Program-made: the position numbers and the translations under genes
From: Neoechinorhynchus agilis
Taxonomy: Eukaryota; Animalia; Acanthocephala
Direction of reading: 5' to 3'
DNA length: 64,000 nt
Assembly (NCBI GenBank): GCA_051530055.1
Contig: CM121341.1
Location: 11,944,784 to 12,008,783 of the forward strand
Notes under the pieces: generated by a model
Databases searched by the model: none
The model's input: the letters and a program-made list of their open reading frames with translations, nothing else
What the model was told of the DNA's origin: nothing
Shown here: positions 23,430 through 35,379 of the stretch, piece after piece
How positions within the stretch are numbered: the stretch's first letter is position 1
Layout of the letters: every line of letters begins with the position of its first letter

Positions 23430-23990
23430 TAGAAGCACAACGATTAGGACCCATATAACTTTGGGACTCCATAAACACTCGAATGAATGCGGTTGTTGAT
23501 TTTGGAGCGAATTACGGGTTCGGTCAAATGGGAATATCCGGTCGGGGAATGTCCGTTCTGGTGGGAATCGGCGGTTATTGTTTGCAGGAGAGTTTGTAAG
23601 GTTGGTCTTTCCTCAGGTTCATTTCTGGTCATGATATCCGAGAAGATTGAGCAGTGTTGAAAAAGGAGCAGCGGTGTGAGAGGTGCGGGGTTGAGGGAAT
23701 ATAATACAAATTGGAATTGCGAGTGCTGTGCTCATGTTAAAAGGAGAATAAAATGTGGTAAAAAAATTGTGGCGGTAGGGTTTAGAAGCGTTTTGTTTGT
23801 TTGATGAAAATCTTATAAAGCCATTCGGCGAGAGCGGGAAAATCGACTGTGCAAATTTTAACAACTCTTCCATGAAACATTTCAAGGCGACGGATTTGTG
23901 ATTTGGAGAGGTTCCAAAAGACGGGATAGTCGTGGTCTACCGAGTCGAATGCTTTCGCCAAATCTAGTTGAATAAGACGGGTGACATGAA
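23430..23990 (-). mobile_element. L2/CR1-like LINE 3' fragment (RT piece + 3' UTR)
   Basis: HVTRLIQLDLAKAFDSVDH and a 3' UTR (CATGACCAGAAATGAACCTGAGGAAAGACCAACCTTACAA) homologous to 31557-32310. Confidence 0.8.
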
Positions 23991-24209
23991 AACCATATCC
24001 GGCTGATTCCGTTATCGTCGATGACGCATAACCAAAGGGGACGCAATACGTAGAAAGGGAGGCGGAAACTCACTGGTTGGTCCCGCCTTCTCGGGAGGTA
24101 TCTAAGAATCAGGAGGGATGTATGAAACTTATAGCTGTACGGTAATAGACATTTAGCGCAGACCAGCGCTTTCCTGACGAAATCGGTTGGCTGTGTGCCC
24201 ATAATTAAG

Positions 24210-27200
24210 CCGCGTATGGTTAAAACCTCATCTTACACTACTCGCAAGAAGTTTTTTTAGTTTTTCTTGCTTAAACATAACCCTCAACGACGATGATTTA
24301 AAGATTACTAAAATTGATTGTTTGATTGTAAGTGCACCTTTTATTCTTGACGTTTCGTGTCGATTCCACCACCGTCCCCTCGCTCCACTCGGGACTTAAC
24401 CATCTCACCAATCCACGATTCGCCGCATGTCGCACCGCCCACGCCCGACGCTGCTGACGACGGTCCCCTCAACGCGCCACCTGTTAATCACGCGGATAAC
24501 GAGAGGACCGACGCTGCAAATTCACAAAATCAACTTTGGTCCGGACAACCTGTAGAGAACAAGCGGCAAACGGAAATTTCAAGTACTCTGGGAGGTGAGG
24601 ATAATGCTGCCCTAGATCCGAAGGTCTCAACACATAATTGCTTGGTATGTGACAAGCAGATCAAAAATACGAAAAGGGGGAGAATTTTGGACTCACGGCC
24701 CAAGGGATTTCCGATGTGTTGGTTCCGGCCTTCTGCTAGCAAACTCTGCTCCTCAGCTCAATGAACCTCGTTAGAACATCTAAAACATCGTCCATTGCAC
24801 CTCTTCGTTGCTGGAGATCGTGCGCTGCCCAGAAACATCCTGAAGCGGATCACGAAGAGCGCTCGATTTTAGGTAGCGAAGAGGTATTCAGGCCTACTGA
24901 GCCACTGTCTCGAGACAAATACCGAAATATCTTGTACACTCCGTTTCGCATTCCCGAGACTGGTACTTTTGTCCGGGAGTACCATCTAACGAGTCCCTTG
25001 TTACCCTCATCAAAAACCGGGTGTCCTCCTAGGGGAGATTTTTCAAAGCCACCGAATCCGAGCCGAGTTTCAACCCGTTCAATGACCCAGAGAGTGTCTT
25101 ATAAACTCGCCAATGGTGATGTGAGAGGCGTGGTTCGCATTCTATCATCCACCAACGAATTCGCAAGGGATGATTTGAAAACTCTCTAACTTCTCAGCGA
25201 GAAACATCCTCGACCCACTGGTCATCTAGAATATTCGGAGATGATCCTCTCGTGCACCCCCTTAGAATTCTCGGTTGATGCCGTTAAGACATCCGTTTCT
25301 TCGTTCGCAAATGGGTCAGCACATGGGCTCGACGGGCTTCCACTTCAGCACCTAAAGGACATGATGTCCTTCTCCGTAGGTGATCCATCCCATGTTCTCC
25401 TGAAAGCCTTGACTCGGTTAGTCGGCGTTTTCTCTGGAGACAACCTGTGCCCCAAAGCGATTGAATTGTTTTTTGGCGCTTCCCTCTGCGCTTTAGAAAA
25501 GAAGGACGGTGGGATTCGTCCCATCGGGATTGGCTCTACATTGAGACGACTAGCAGGGCAAGTGATTTCTAGGCGAGTCTCAGAAGGTGTTGCTGAAATT
25601 CTTCGTCCAGTTCAACTAGGTTGCTGCACACCTTGCGGGGCGGAAGCCATAGTCCACGCACTCCGTACATTTGTTATTGAGAACGTCAAACCGTGTGTGA
25701 TACTGAAATTAGATTTCCGGAACGCCTTCAATTCCGTTAATCGCGACTCGCTCTTAAAAGCCGTCAGAGATCACGCACCTCAGGCTTACGGGTATTTTAG
25801 AAATTCGTACGGAGCTGCGACCTGTCTTGTATTCAACGATCAAATCATTCCTTCCGAAAGAGGGTTCAAAAAGGGAGACCCATTAGGTTCCATTGGTTTC
25901 GCGCCCACAGTGAAAGAATTAGCGCATTCCCTTGATGCGGAATTCAATGATTGGTACCTGGACGATGCTACGCTGGGAGGCGATCTCCAGGTAGTTCTTC
26001 GTGACCTGGAGAAAATCAAGATGGGGGCAAGTAAGCTGGGCATTGAATTTAACACAGAAAAGTGCGAAATTCTATTCCGTAACATAGAGAGGGGTGCTGC
26101 AAAAGACGTAATAAAGCGCCACTTTAAAAATGTTGCACCCAGGACAGAAATAATCGACCTAGACCGGCTTAAGCTTTTGGGCAGTTGCGTCTTTGATGGG
26201 AATGTAGAACACGAAATTAACAGCCTTCTAAAGAAATTATCGGTGTTTTGTGATAGGGTCTGTGAGCTTGGATCACACGAGGCTCTGTTCTTGATAAAGA
26301 ACACCCTCTTCATCACCAACTTCCTTTATGCTCTACGCATTGCGCCGCCTTTCTAGCACAAGGTTCAGCTTGGCAAGCTAGATGACAGATTGAAGGACTG
26401 TCTCGAGCAAGTTTTAAATGTCCAGCTGCCAGAAGAGGCATGGCGACAAGCATCCTTGCCTGTATCTTCTTGCGGGTTGGGCATCCGGAAAACAGCAGAC
26501 ATATCCCTGCCCGCATTTTTGGGCTTCTATAAGGGAAGCCGAAGCGCAGTTCAGCTCATTTTGAAAGATACGTATCGTATTGATAGGCATTTTGAAGAGG
26601 GAATCAGTGAGTGGTGTACACTAACCAACTCCGATCAAGTACCTGTGAATGGCCTAAAACAATCTGCGTGGGATCGACCTCTCGTCGCAAGAGTTCAAAG
26701 CTCTCTCTCATCAGACTCAAGCGACGACGTTGTCCGTGCCAGGTTGTTGGCAGTCTCCACTAGAGAATCGGGTGCTTGGTTGAACGCTGTCCCGCTGGCA
26801 TCTGTGGATACTCTCCTCTCCGACGAGGCAATACGGGTCGGAGTTTCAATGAGACTAGGACTACCGACGTGTCATCCCCACCGCTGCGATGCAAATGTGG
26901 ATTCGTCGGGACGTCATGGTCTCATCTGTAGCAAATCAGCCGGCAGATTCGCAAGACATGCTGAAATTAAAATGATGCTGAGACGGGCACTTGTTACGAT
27001 ACATGCCTCCAATATTTTGGAACCTGCCAACCTCTGTAGGGACGACGGGCGTAGACCTGATAAGGTGACCGCATTTCCGTGGCGGGATGGTAAATGCCTC
27101 CTCTGGGACGCCACTTGTGTCAATACACTCGCAGCCAGCAATCTTAAGTTCTCGGTAGTTCAAGCTGCAGGTGCAGCGAGCGCGGCGGAAGGACGGAAAA

Positions 27201-27480
27201 TGGCGAAATACCTCGATTTAGCCCGGGACCATATGTTTGTGCCTTTGGGGGTTGAGACCTACGGATCTCTTGGTAGCGAGGCTCTTCAACTCCTGAGGGA
27301 TCTGAAGCGACGCCTTCAGGTTATAAGCGGTGATGCAAGGTCAGGTCAATACCTGGTTCGAAATATCGGCATCGCCGTGTTGAGAGGCAACACTGCAAGC
27401 GTTCGGGCGACAGTTGAGGACGAGAACGGCGAATAATTATGTTTATATCTCCAAACAATAAATTGGTTCAAATTTTACCT
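24210..27480 (+). mobile_element. Near-full-length CRE-clade non-LTR retrotransposon (N-terminal Zn finger, RT, zinc knuckle, RLE), inactivated
   Basis: RT motifs KKDGGIRPIGIGSTLRRL, QLGCCTPCGAEAIVH, LKLDFRNAFNSV, KGDPLG, WYLDDATL; RLE HGLICSK...RH...RPD...W..GK.LLWD. ORFs 24761-25189, 25241-26356 and 26390-27436 share one frame broken by two stops; frameshift near 24760. The 5' boundary is approximate. Confidence 0.93.
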
Positions 27481-27489
27481 CCAAGCCCT

Positions 27490-28629
27490 TCTACATTAAA
27501 TACTTTCTTTTCCCGAATCAAGTAAATAATTATCTCTCTATCCCCTACTCAAAATTATCATAAATCGGCCCATCAAACCGTAGCTGATCCATGTAAAGTC
27601 CCAACCCTAAACTCATTTCTGTCATTGTCATTCACCCACCCCAATTCAAATTTTCGAGTCGCCCCGGTCTTCTCTCTTTGGGATAATCAATTGTTCTTTA
27701 TCGGTATCCCGTAACGATTCCTCCCTTAACCCACCACCCGCAAAGGACAACACAACCCAAATCTCTCTCACATCCGCCCCCGATTTCCCGAAATCCAAAA
27801 TTCACTTCCCCACCGTTTTCTACTCCAATACTCGTAGCCTCCTTCCTAAACTAGATGAAATTTCACTCATTTCATCTACCTCAAAAGCCGACGTAGTCAT
27901 CTTAGCAGAAACGTGGTTTATCTCCCCAGTCAACTGCAATCCTTCCCGGGTACTCTTCCTTCCATACATACCGCGATGACCTTTCAGGAGAGGGATCTCA
28001 ATTTACGTACGGCAATCGCTACTTTAACTTTATCTCTCAGACTGTCTTCAAAACCCCGATTTAGAATTCATCACAGTCCATTTCATAGCTCCTCTGAGAA
28101 ACGGCCTTAGAGAACCCACCATTGCTGTCGTCTGTCGCCCTCCGGCCTCTCGTCCTGAGTCCTCCTTGCTCCAAATTGACTCTATGATGGAGCTCATAAA
28201 CTCCACAAATTCGCACCATTTCTTAAATGCAGGGGACTTCAATAATTTATTTCCCTTTCTACCCTTCTCTGAGTTTCGTCAACTTCTTGACTTCCCAACT
28301 CTTCTTGACGCTCACCTTGACAAAGTGTTCACAAATATCGACGCCTACTCATCCGCCTCTAAACTTCCTCCCCCCACGAACTGACCATTCTTCTGCCTTT
28401 ATCACTTCCTCCACCCTACCTTATGAAATCACCTCGTTTACCCATCTGGGATAAACGTGATCATCACATCCAAAACTTTATAAAATTGTTCAACTCCAAA
28501 ATTGTAAAATTCCACCCTGACAACACAAATTACCCTTCCTCGGCCACATCCCCTCTATCCTCAATCATAAAAAATTCCCTAGCTTCGGCAATTCCAAAGA
28601 AATTCATTAGGATCTCCAACCGCGACCCT
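27490..28629 (+). mobile_element. L2/CR1-like LINE, 5' part (APE), interrupted by an RTE-like insertion
   Basis: FYSNTRSLLPKLDE...VILAETW, LNAGDFNN, LDKVFTNID, IPKKFIRISNRDP; same family as 1-3130. Confidence 0.85.
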
Positions 28630-30773
28630 CAACTTTCTTTCAGGTCCCTAACTTACTTTCTTTCGGGTCCCTAACTTTCTTTCATTCAGGTCCCTAACTT
28701 TCTTTCACGATGATCGGACTTGATGTTACTGATTCTTGTCGGTCACGTAAAAGAAGCAGCTCCGGCGCCCGTCAACGTGGGGTCGGTGTGCCGCTCCACT
28801 TGGTGATGCGGCAGCGAATGGGAGCAACAAAATCCACCAGTGCAACGGGAAAAGTGAGGGCGTCGTAGCTGTCGCCGACGACTATAGCATCGAAATGAGC
28901 GAAACTGTCGCCGGAGTCAACGAAAGCGTCAGTCGAAGCTCATCACCGTGGTGGGTACGGACTGTTCAGGTGGCGCTGACAGCCGTGAGCCCTTTGGCCC
29001 AGCTATTTCAGATAAGAGAGGACTACGAATCGGATACTTGAATTGTAGGAGTCTGCGAGCGCAATGGCGTAGGGAAACCCTGACCAAATTGGCAAGGGAC
29101 GCCAGAATGGATCTTGTGTTTTTACAAGAATTGCGCATAAGAGGCCAGTCAGACACAGACGTAAATCAGGAGGATTTAGGAGGAGGCTGGTCATTATGTT
29201 ACCTATCTGCGGACAGTCGAAGAAATGGAGGTGTAGGCGTTTGTTTATCACCCCGCCTCCGAAACTCAGCACTATGCAGTATTATAACTGACCGAATCCT
29301 TCGTGTCAACATAAAGCTTCGATCGAGAAATCTCTATGCTTTTGGCGTATATTCACCGATCTCCTCGTCGGATGAAGAGGCGGTTGAAGGATTTTATGGA
29401 AATCTAGCCGAAGCATTAGATGATGTACCGAACAGAGACACCCTCCTAATAGCCGGTGACTTCAACGCGATTTTACCGCATTCCGAAAGATCGCTATATG
29501 TGTTGAAAGGCGAGAATCGGAACAGCCGATACTTGGTTGAGGCGCTGGAGCAGCATGATCTCGTGCCTGCTAACACTTTATTCCGGAAGCGTCCGTGGCG
29601 TTTGGCGACGTTTATGGGTCAAAAGAATCCGTCCAAACATGCCATGGGAAAAAATCCCAAGACACGCTTCGCTCAGCTTGACCATATATTGTTGAGACGT
29701 AGGGAAAAATGTCGGGTCAAAAACGCTGACACATTCACAGTTGATGGGCTGCCAACCGACCACAAGTTGGTGATGTGTCAGTTGAGCATGAGTGACTCGT
29801 TGTTCAGTACGCCTCAGCATCCTCCACGCCCGTTCTATTGCGCCGTCGCTAATGAGGAGAAGAGGAAAGAGTTCGATATCGAACTAGAGAATCAACTGAG
29901 CTCGATGCCAGGTGCTGAAACGGATATTGATTTTTATTACAAGTCAATCTGCGACGCAGTGACCGAAGCGGCCGAGAAAACCCTCCCAAAAATGAGGCGT
30001 ATAATAGCTGCAAAGGTTATATGGCAGGCAGACTGTGAATTTATGGCAATGGCTGAGCAGATCAAAACTCTAAGAAAAAGAGGAAAACGATCTGAGGCTC
30101 GCATTGCAAGTCTTGAACTTGCCAACCTCTATAATGAAAAGCAAAAGGCTTCGATAGAGGATGCAGTTCGCGGGATCGCATATAAGGAAGGTTTTGTTCG
30201 TACCTCATTAGCATGGAGAGCGATAAACACTCTCACAGGAAGATCCCAAAGACAGCCAACTTTGATTGAATGTCCCTCCCCGGAAATCGCAAAAAAGAGG
30301 ATCGCAAATTATTTTGCGAAAATTCTCAATTCGCCATTATCGTCTTTGGAAGTGAGTCCTGCACTTCCAAAAGGCACAATCGTCGCAAGCACTGAGACAT
30401 ACTTCACTTGACCGATTTCCGTGAAGGAAGCGATCGCTGCGGCGAAAATGATGCGTGCGGGACGTGCATCAGGCCCAGATGGGATAATGGCAGAGGTACT
30501 GAGGTTTGAATCTATTGCCAGAAAAATCCTACCGATAATGAATGGCATAATGAATGGTGGCTCAGTACCTCAAATCTGGCAAACGGCGCATTTAACAATG
30601 ATCCCCAAGAAATGTCATACATACGATGACCTGATTTTAAGAGACGCGAATTGCCCGCATAACACGACTGCTGTCGTGTATTTTAGATTCCTTGCGGAGT
30701 CTAATTCTATTTGACGGGCTTATACCTACGGTGCAACGTAGGAAAGTACCGTTGCATACATTACATACATTAC
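28630..30773 (+). mobile_element. Internally deleted RTE-like LINE (5' UTR, APE, start of RT, 3' hairpin and short-repeat tail) nested in the L2-like element
   Basis: 487-aa ORF 28948-30411 with IGYLNCRSL, VFLQELR, GGVGVCL, IAGDFNA, QLDHIL, TDHKLV; after an in-frame stop GRASGPDGI...IPKK, then homology ends; TACAT-type tail at ~30756-30774. Confidence 0.85.
28731..28825 (+). ncRNA. Candidate HDV-like self-cleaving ribozyme in the RTE 5' UTR
   Basis: Manual fold: P1 GATTCT/GGGGTC, P2 GCTCC/GGAGC, P3 GCG/CGT, L3 CCCGTCAA, P1.1 CC/GG, P4 TGCCGC/GCGGCA, J4/2 GCGAAT. Confidence 0.55.
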
Positions 30774-32310
30774 ATGGATAACCCCCATTCTGAAACTTCT
30801 ACAAAGGCAGGCTTCTAAGGCCCATTGCAATAGCTCCTCAGACTCCCCCCGTTTACAAAAAGCACTTACGAACAAAATACTTATCGCCCGCAGAAAGTTC
30901 CTTTCCTCTAAAATTCGATTAGGTGGCAACTCAACATGGTGGCGGGCCGTCAAGGACTCTCTTGGTATACGCCACCCAGATCCCTTCTTTAACTTGCCCT
31001 CCACTGAATTAAAACAGGTTCTAGATTTCATTAATCAGAACCTCTGCCCTGACTCAATTTACAATCACTGCTCAACATCAGTCTTCACACAATCTTTCAC
31101 ACCCACACATGAAACTTTTGTCAACCCACCGATGCTCTCCTTAGTTTTATCATATGAAGTACTAAAGTATCTCACACAATTACCTAAAAATTCGTCATCT
31201 CAATCCGAAATCCCAAACTGGGCTTTTCGCTGCATCATCACCCAACTCATCGACCCTCTTACCTACATTACAGACCTCATCCTTTTATATGGCATCTACC
31301 CCTCATGCCTGGAAACTGCTAAAGCTATCCTTGTTGCAAAAAAGGACATCCTATTTTGGCCGAATCAGTCCGTCCAATATCCGTTATACCCGCTTTTTCA
31401 AAAATTATCGAAAAATGTTTTAAATCTCACATTCTTTGACTTCTCAACGAAAAGTTATCGCCCTTTCAATTTGGCTTCCGGCCCAGATTTTCTGCAACCG
31501 ATGCCCTACTTTGCATTATGGCTCGCTCCTACGAAACCTCGACAATAATCACTCCCATGTCACCCGTCTCATTCAACTTAATTTATCTAAAGCTTTCGAC
31601 TCAGTGGACCATTCACTATTTCTTCGGGCCTGCTCCGATTTTTGTCTCAATTTGTGGCAGATCCACTGGCTCGAATCTTACCTTCACAATCGCAAACAAT
31701 ACATTCACTGTCGTCCTACCTCTTTTACCATTCCTCACCTACGGTTACCCCCTATTTTGCAAGCTTTCCAAATCGCTAATCCGCCGTCTCGAAATTCTTC
31801 ACAAAAGAGCATCTAAAATTTGCACAATTGACTTTCCCCCTCTGACCTAATACCTTGATGCTATTTTCATAAAATAATGAAAATGCTTCGCAGCCCGACC
31901 ACCACAATTTCTTCCGCATATCGCTCCCTTTTCACACGAGCACAACACTCGTAATCCTAATTCGTTTCACCCTCCTATAACTCGCAGCTCACTATATCTG
32001 CGCTCCTTTTTCCATGCTGGCCAATCTTCTATGATATCATGACCTGAAATGATTCTGAGGAAAGAGCAACCTTACAAGCGCTCCTGCAAGCAATAAACAC
32101 CAATTCCCACTAGAACGGACCTTCCCACCCGACCGGATATTCTCAAACGAACGGACACATCCTCACCCGAACGAACCGTCCCCGACTGGATAGTTACCGC
32201 CCGAATAGGCATCCCTCCGACTAGATATTACCTCCCGAACGGACATCCCTCGTCTGGATATTCCCATATTAACGGATGAGGACCCAAAGGTACATGGGTC
32301 CTCATTATTA
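30774..32310 (+). mobile_element. L2/CR1-like LINE, 3' part (decayed RT + 3' UTR with terminal hairpin)
   Basis: Resumes as WITPILKLLQ exactly where 28629 stops (RDP|.W); LSKAFDSVDH motif; 3' UTR shared with 23430-23700. Confidence 0.85.
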
Positions 32311-32319
32311 AAGATTGCC

Positions 32320-32455
32320 CGGCCAGGGCACGACTAAGAATTTCGTTCACGTCGGCGTGTTGTGAGTACCTTCCGCCTGATTGCCGACAGACGAGACCGT
32401 GGCGTCCCTATGGTTCAACGGTAGATCCGCAACGGCAGCGTTATTTAAAATAAGA
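32320..32455 (-). mobile_element. Short CRE-clade fragment (zinc-knuckle region)
   Basis: Minus strand reads CGSTVEP*GRHGLVCRQSGGRYSQHADVNEILSRALA. Confidence 0.75.
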
Positions 32456-32732
32456 GATATCAGCTCAATTTATGACAAACTTAAATTGAACAATGTTACG
32501 ACATCAAACTAGCGCCGAAGAGTTCCGCATTTCTGCATACTGTAATTAGTTTCCTGGGTTAAAAATGGAAAAAATTGACCACTGAATGTTACCAATTAAA
32601 TAAAATACAAAAAATTGCAAACCGTCCACTTAAAATGTATTTTGGACACCAAGCGCATCTTTAAATTTAACTGACGCCATTGCAGGACAATGGCCGATTA
32701 AGCACCCCGTTTCCTTTTTGTTTGTCATCCAA

Positions 32733-33237
32733 ATGAAAACCAATGGTAAGTTAGTGTTCTACGTGGTAATTTGTTGATAGAAATTCGCAGATTTCAAACT
32801 GCTTTTAAAAGAAGCGCTTGATAGTTCTGAACAAAGCGTCCGTATCCATTCTGAGCTCAAACAAACTTTATGCAAGGCGGAAGTAAAACGGGGACAATTG
32901 GATGATCTTTTGGATTCTACAATGGACGTAGCCAATGAGAACTTTAAGAGAAAACCTGCTGATTCACCAAAATGGAATTGTAATGTGAATGCCCCTTTTA
33001 TAGTTGGAAAGGTACGCCCAGGGAGCAAAAAAAAAGAAATATTAGATTTGCTTTTTTTAACAGCCGAATATTCAATCGCATCACATGCCATCCGGCGTAC
33101 AGGAAGCAGTGGCGATCTCTCGTGATAAAGGTACGAGCCATCAAAGTCTTCGTGATCGAATGGAATCGATGATCGGTGAATATACGAAACTGTCAAGGTT
33201 CGTATATATTTGATTCGTACATTTTTACAGCGATTAG
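32733..33237 (+). CDS. Putative small 4-exon orphan gene (~125 aa, helical)
   Basis: Three short GT-AG introns give an open spliced frame MKTND-FKLLLKEALDSSEQ...FIVGK-PNIQSHH...EYTKLSSD*; no family recognised. Confidence 0.45.
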
Positions 33238-33249
33238 TCAGTAACGATT

Positions 33250-33485
33250 TATCTTACTTTCTATCAATCGAAGTTTCATGGAAATTAAAACCGATTTTAA
33301 CTAAAATCTTCTATTTAATGAGGTTTATCTATATCTGATTTTCTATCCATCGACGTTTCATGGAAATTAAAACCGGTTTTAACTAAAATCTTCTACTTAA
33401 TGAGGTTTATCTATATCTTATTTTCTATTAACCGAAGTTTCATGGAAATTAAAAACGGTTTTAACTAAAATCTTCTACTTAATGA
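33250..33485. repeat. Tandem repeat, 82-bp unit x~3
   Basis: TTTCATGGAAATTAAAA at 33274, 33356 and 33438. Confidence 0.9.
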
Positions 33486-34469
33486 TGAGATTATGTTTGA
33501 CAAAATAGTACGTTTTTATTTAATAATTTTTTTTGCGAATATCAATACTAATTTTTAAATCACCTCAAATTCGACTCGAATCTTTCTGTTGCGTTTCCTT
33601 GACAACTTTAAGGGATTCATCTCTAGAAAAAAATTTACCGTTGCGATCATTATAATTGGATTGATTTTGTCGTCGATTTCAGTAGTTCTCGTCATCTCAA
33701 ATTTTACTGAATGTACGAAAATCTAGGTTTTTGTTGAGCTTGGAATATAATATTTTTAAAGTGCAAATTGGTTAAATGACTTTTACTATAGCAAAATATC
33801 GTCCCTGGTTTGATATTATTTTATTTCGCGTTTTTAAAATAAACTTAATTCTATCATATTATCAAATTTTAAATTATTATAGTCGCACATTTAAACGCCT
33901 TACGTTAATATTAAGAAGTGTCCGGAAGGAGAAGGAAATTTTAAAGAAACGTCAGAGTATTTTGTGCTTCAATGGCGATCAGGGCGATTCTTTAGTTAAT
34001 AAAATTCGTGATTTGGACGCTTTAATGAATGGCAATGAATAATGGGATCTGTTCGGTTCTTCATTTCCATTCTTTACTTTCTGCTGAACAAGTAAAACTC
34101 AAGGAAATTAAGAGAGTTTGTTTTCTACTTCTAGGGACCTCAAAAAGTCTTTTTTGCAGGTTGTTAATGAAAGGGATTTTGAGGCGAAGAGGAATAATGG
34201 AGGAAGGAGTATTGAGAGACAGCAATCAAGACTAAAGTTAATGAGAGAAGTTAGAGAATTTGTTGTCAGGGATTAGAAATATAAAGCGGTTGATACACTG
34301 AAATGGAGAATTATTTGGGTGCGAAATGACAATGTCACTTTTTCGTATAATTTTAACAATTTACTGGAAATGAATGTCATTTTTAATAGATATATAAATT
34401 TGTCCTAGAGTAGAAATCAAACTTTTCATTAAATCGTATTTTTTGCTTCTTTTATCACCTTAATTGTTT

Positions 34470-34730
34470 TCTGAGCGCTCGTCGGAGTTAATGGCACCCA
34501 CAGAAGCGATTGGGAGAGCGTTGAGACGAGCACCTGATTCTATTGTCGAGACTGCCACCAATAGAGTTCAATTGGCCAGGTCACGAGAATCTGAAAGCCT
34601 CCACGGTATGTTTCATACGATGCCAAATAAACTGGCATGGAAATATGATCTACTTTTCAGATAACCAAACCGCCAGCCAACACAGGCAAGGATAGTGGCA
34701 CCTTTGAAACATCAATGTTTGACATGCGAC
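34470..34730 (-). mobile_element. Decayed CRE-clade fragment
   Basis: Minus strand reads STIESGARLNALPIASVG, matching STRESGAWLNAVPLASV of the 24-27 kb copy. Confidence 0.65.
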
Positions 34731-35379
34731 CATAATTAAAGCTTTGAAGAAAACAAACCAACCTTTAATTGAAGAATAGTTTTATTCATTGCTTTAATAT
34801 CGAATGTCGGTCTTACTAATTTCTAAGATATTTTTATAGGCTCTATTTTTTATATTGAGGATTGCAGTCGCGTTGTTAGGTATTCTGTTATTTAGGTCGC
34901 TTGCTTTCTCAATTGCATCAAAATTTCCATTACCGAGTTCGCTATTATGAATATTTACCTAAAAATGCCATTCATGCTGCAATCCGGGAACTAATTGAGA
35001 GTTTTCCAAGACTTCTCAATCAGTGATTATTCTAATTAATTGAGAATTTTTAACGAGGCTTTTGATAATGTCAACTAAGGTTTTATCATAAATATCCTTT
35101 TGACATAATTATCTTTCCCATACAATGCTTTTTCTAAATTCAACACAAACTAATTGCAAATTTGTGGACTATCTCTTGCTTACTTTTCTATTCGAGAATT
35201 AGACCGCCTGAGAAACAACTGTCGTTATTGTGCAGCTTCCTCAATGCCGTTACTGCTTCAATCGATCGACGACTCTAATACTCTTGAAATGATCAGCGAA
35301 AATCTTCGACATAAAACAGGTCGCATGCATATCCATGGCAACCGGGATAGCTTTCTTTATTTACTAATAAAATTCTAGA

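Noticed and set aside
28647-28697. CCCTAA hexamers as a telomeric repeat
   Set aside because: They occur once per ~20-bp unit rather than as tandem (CCCTAA)n.
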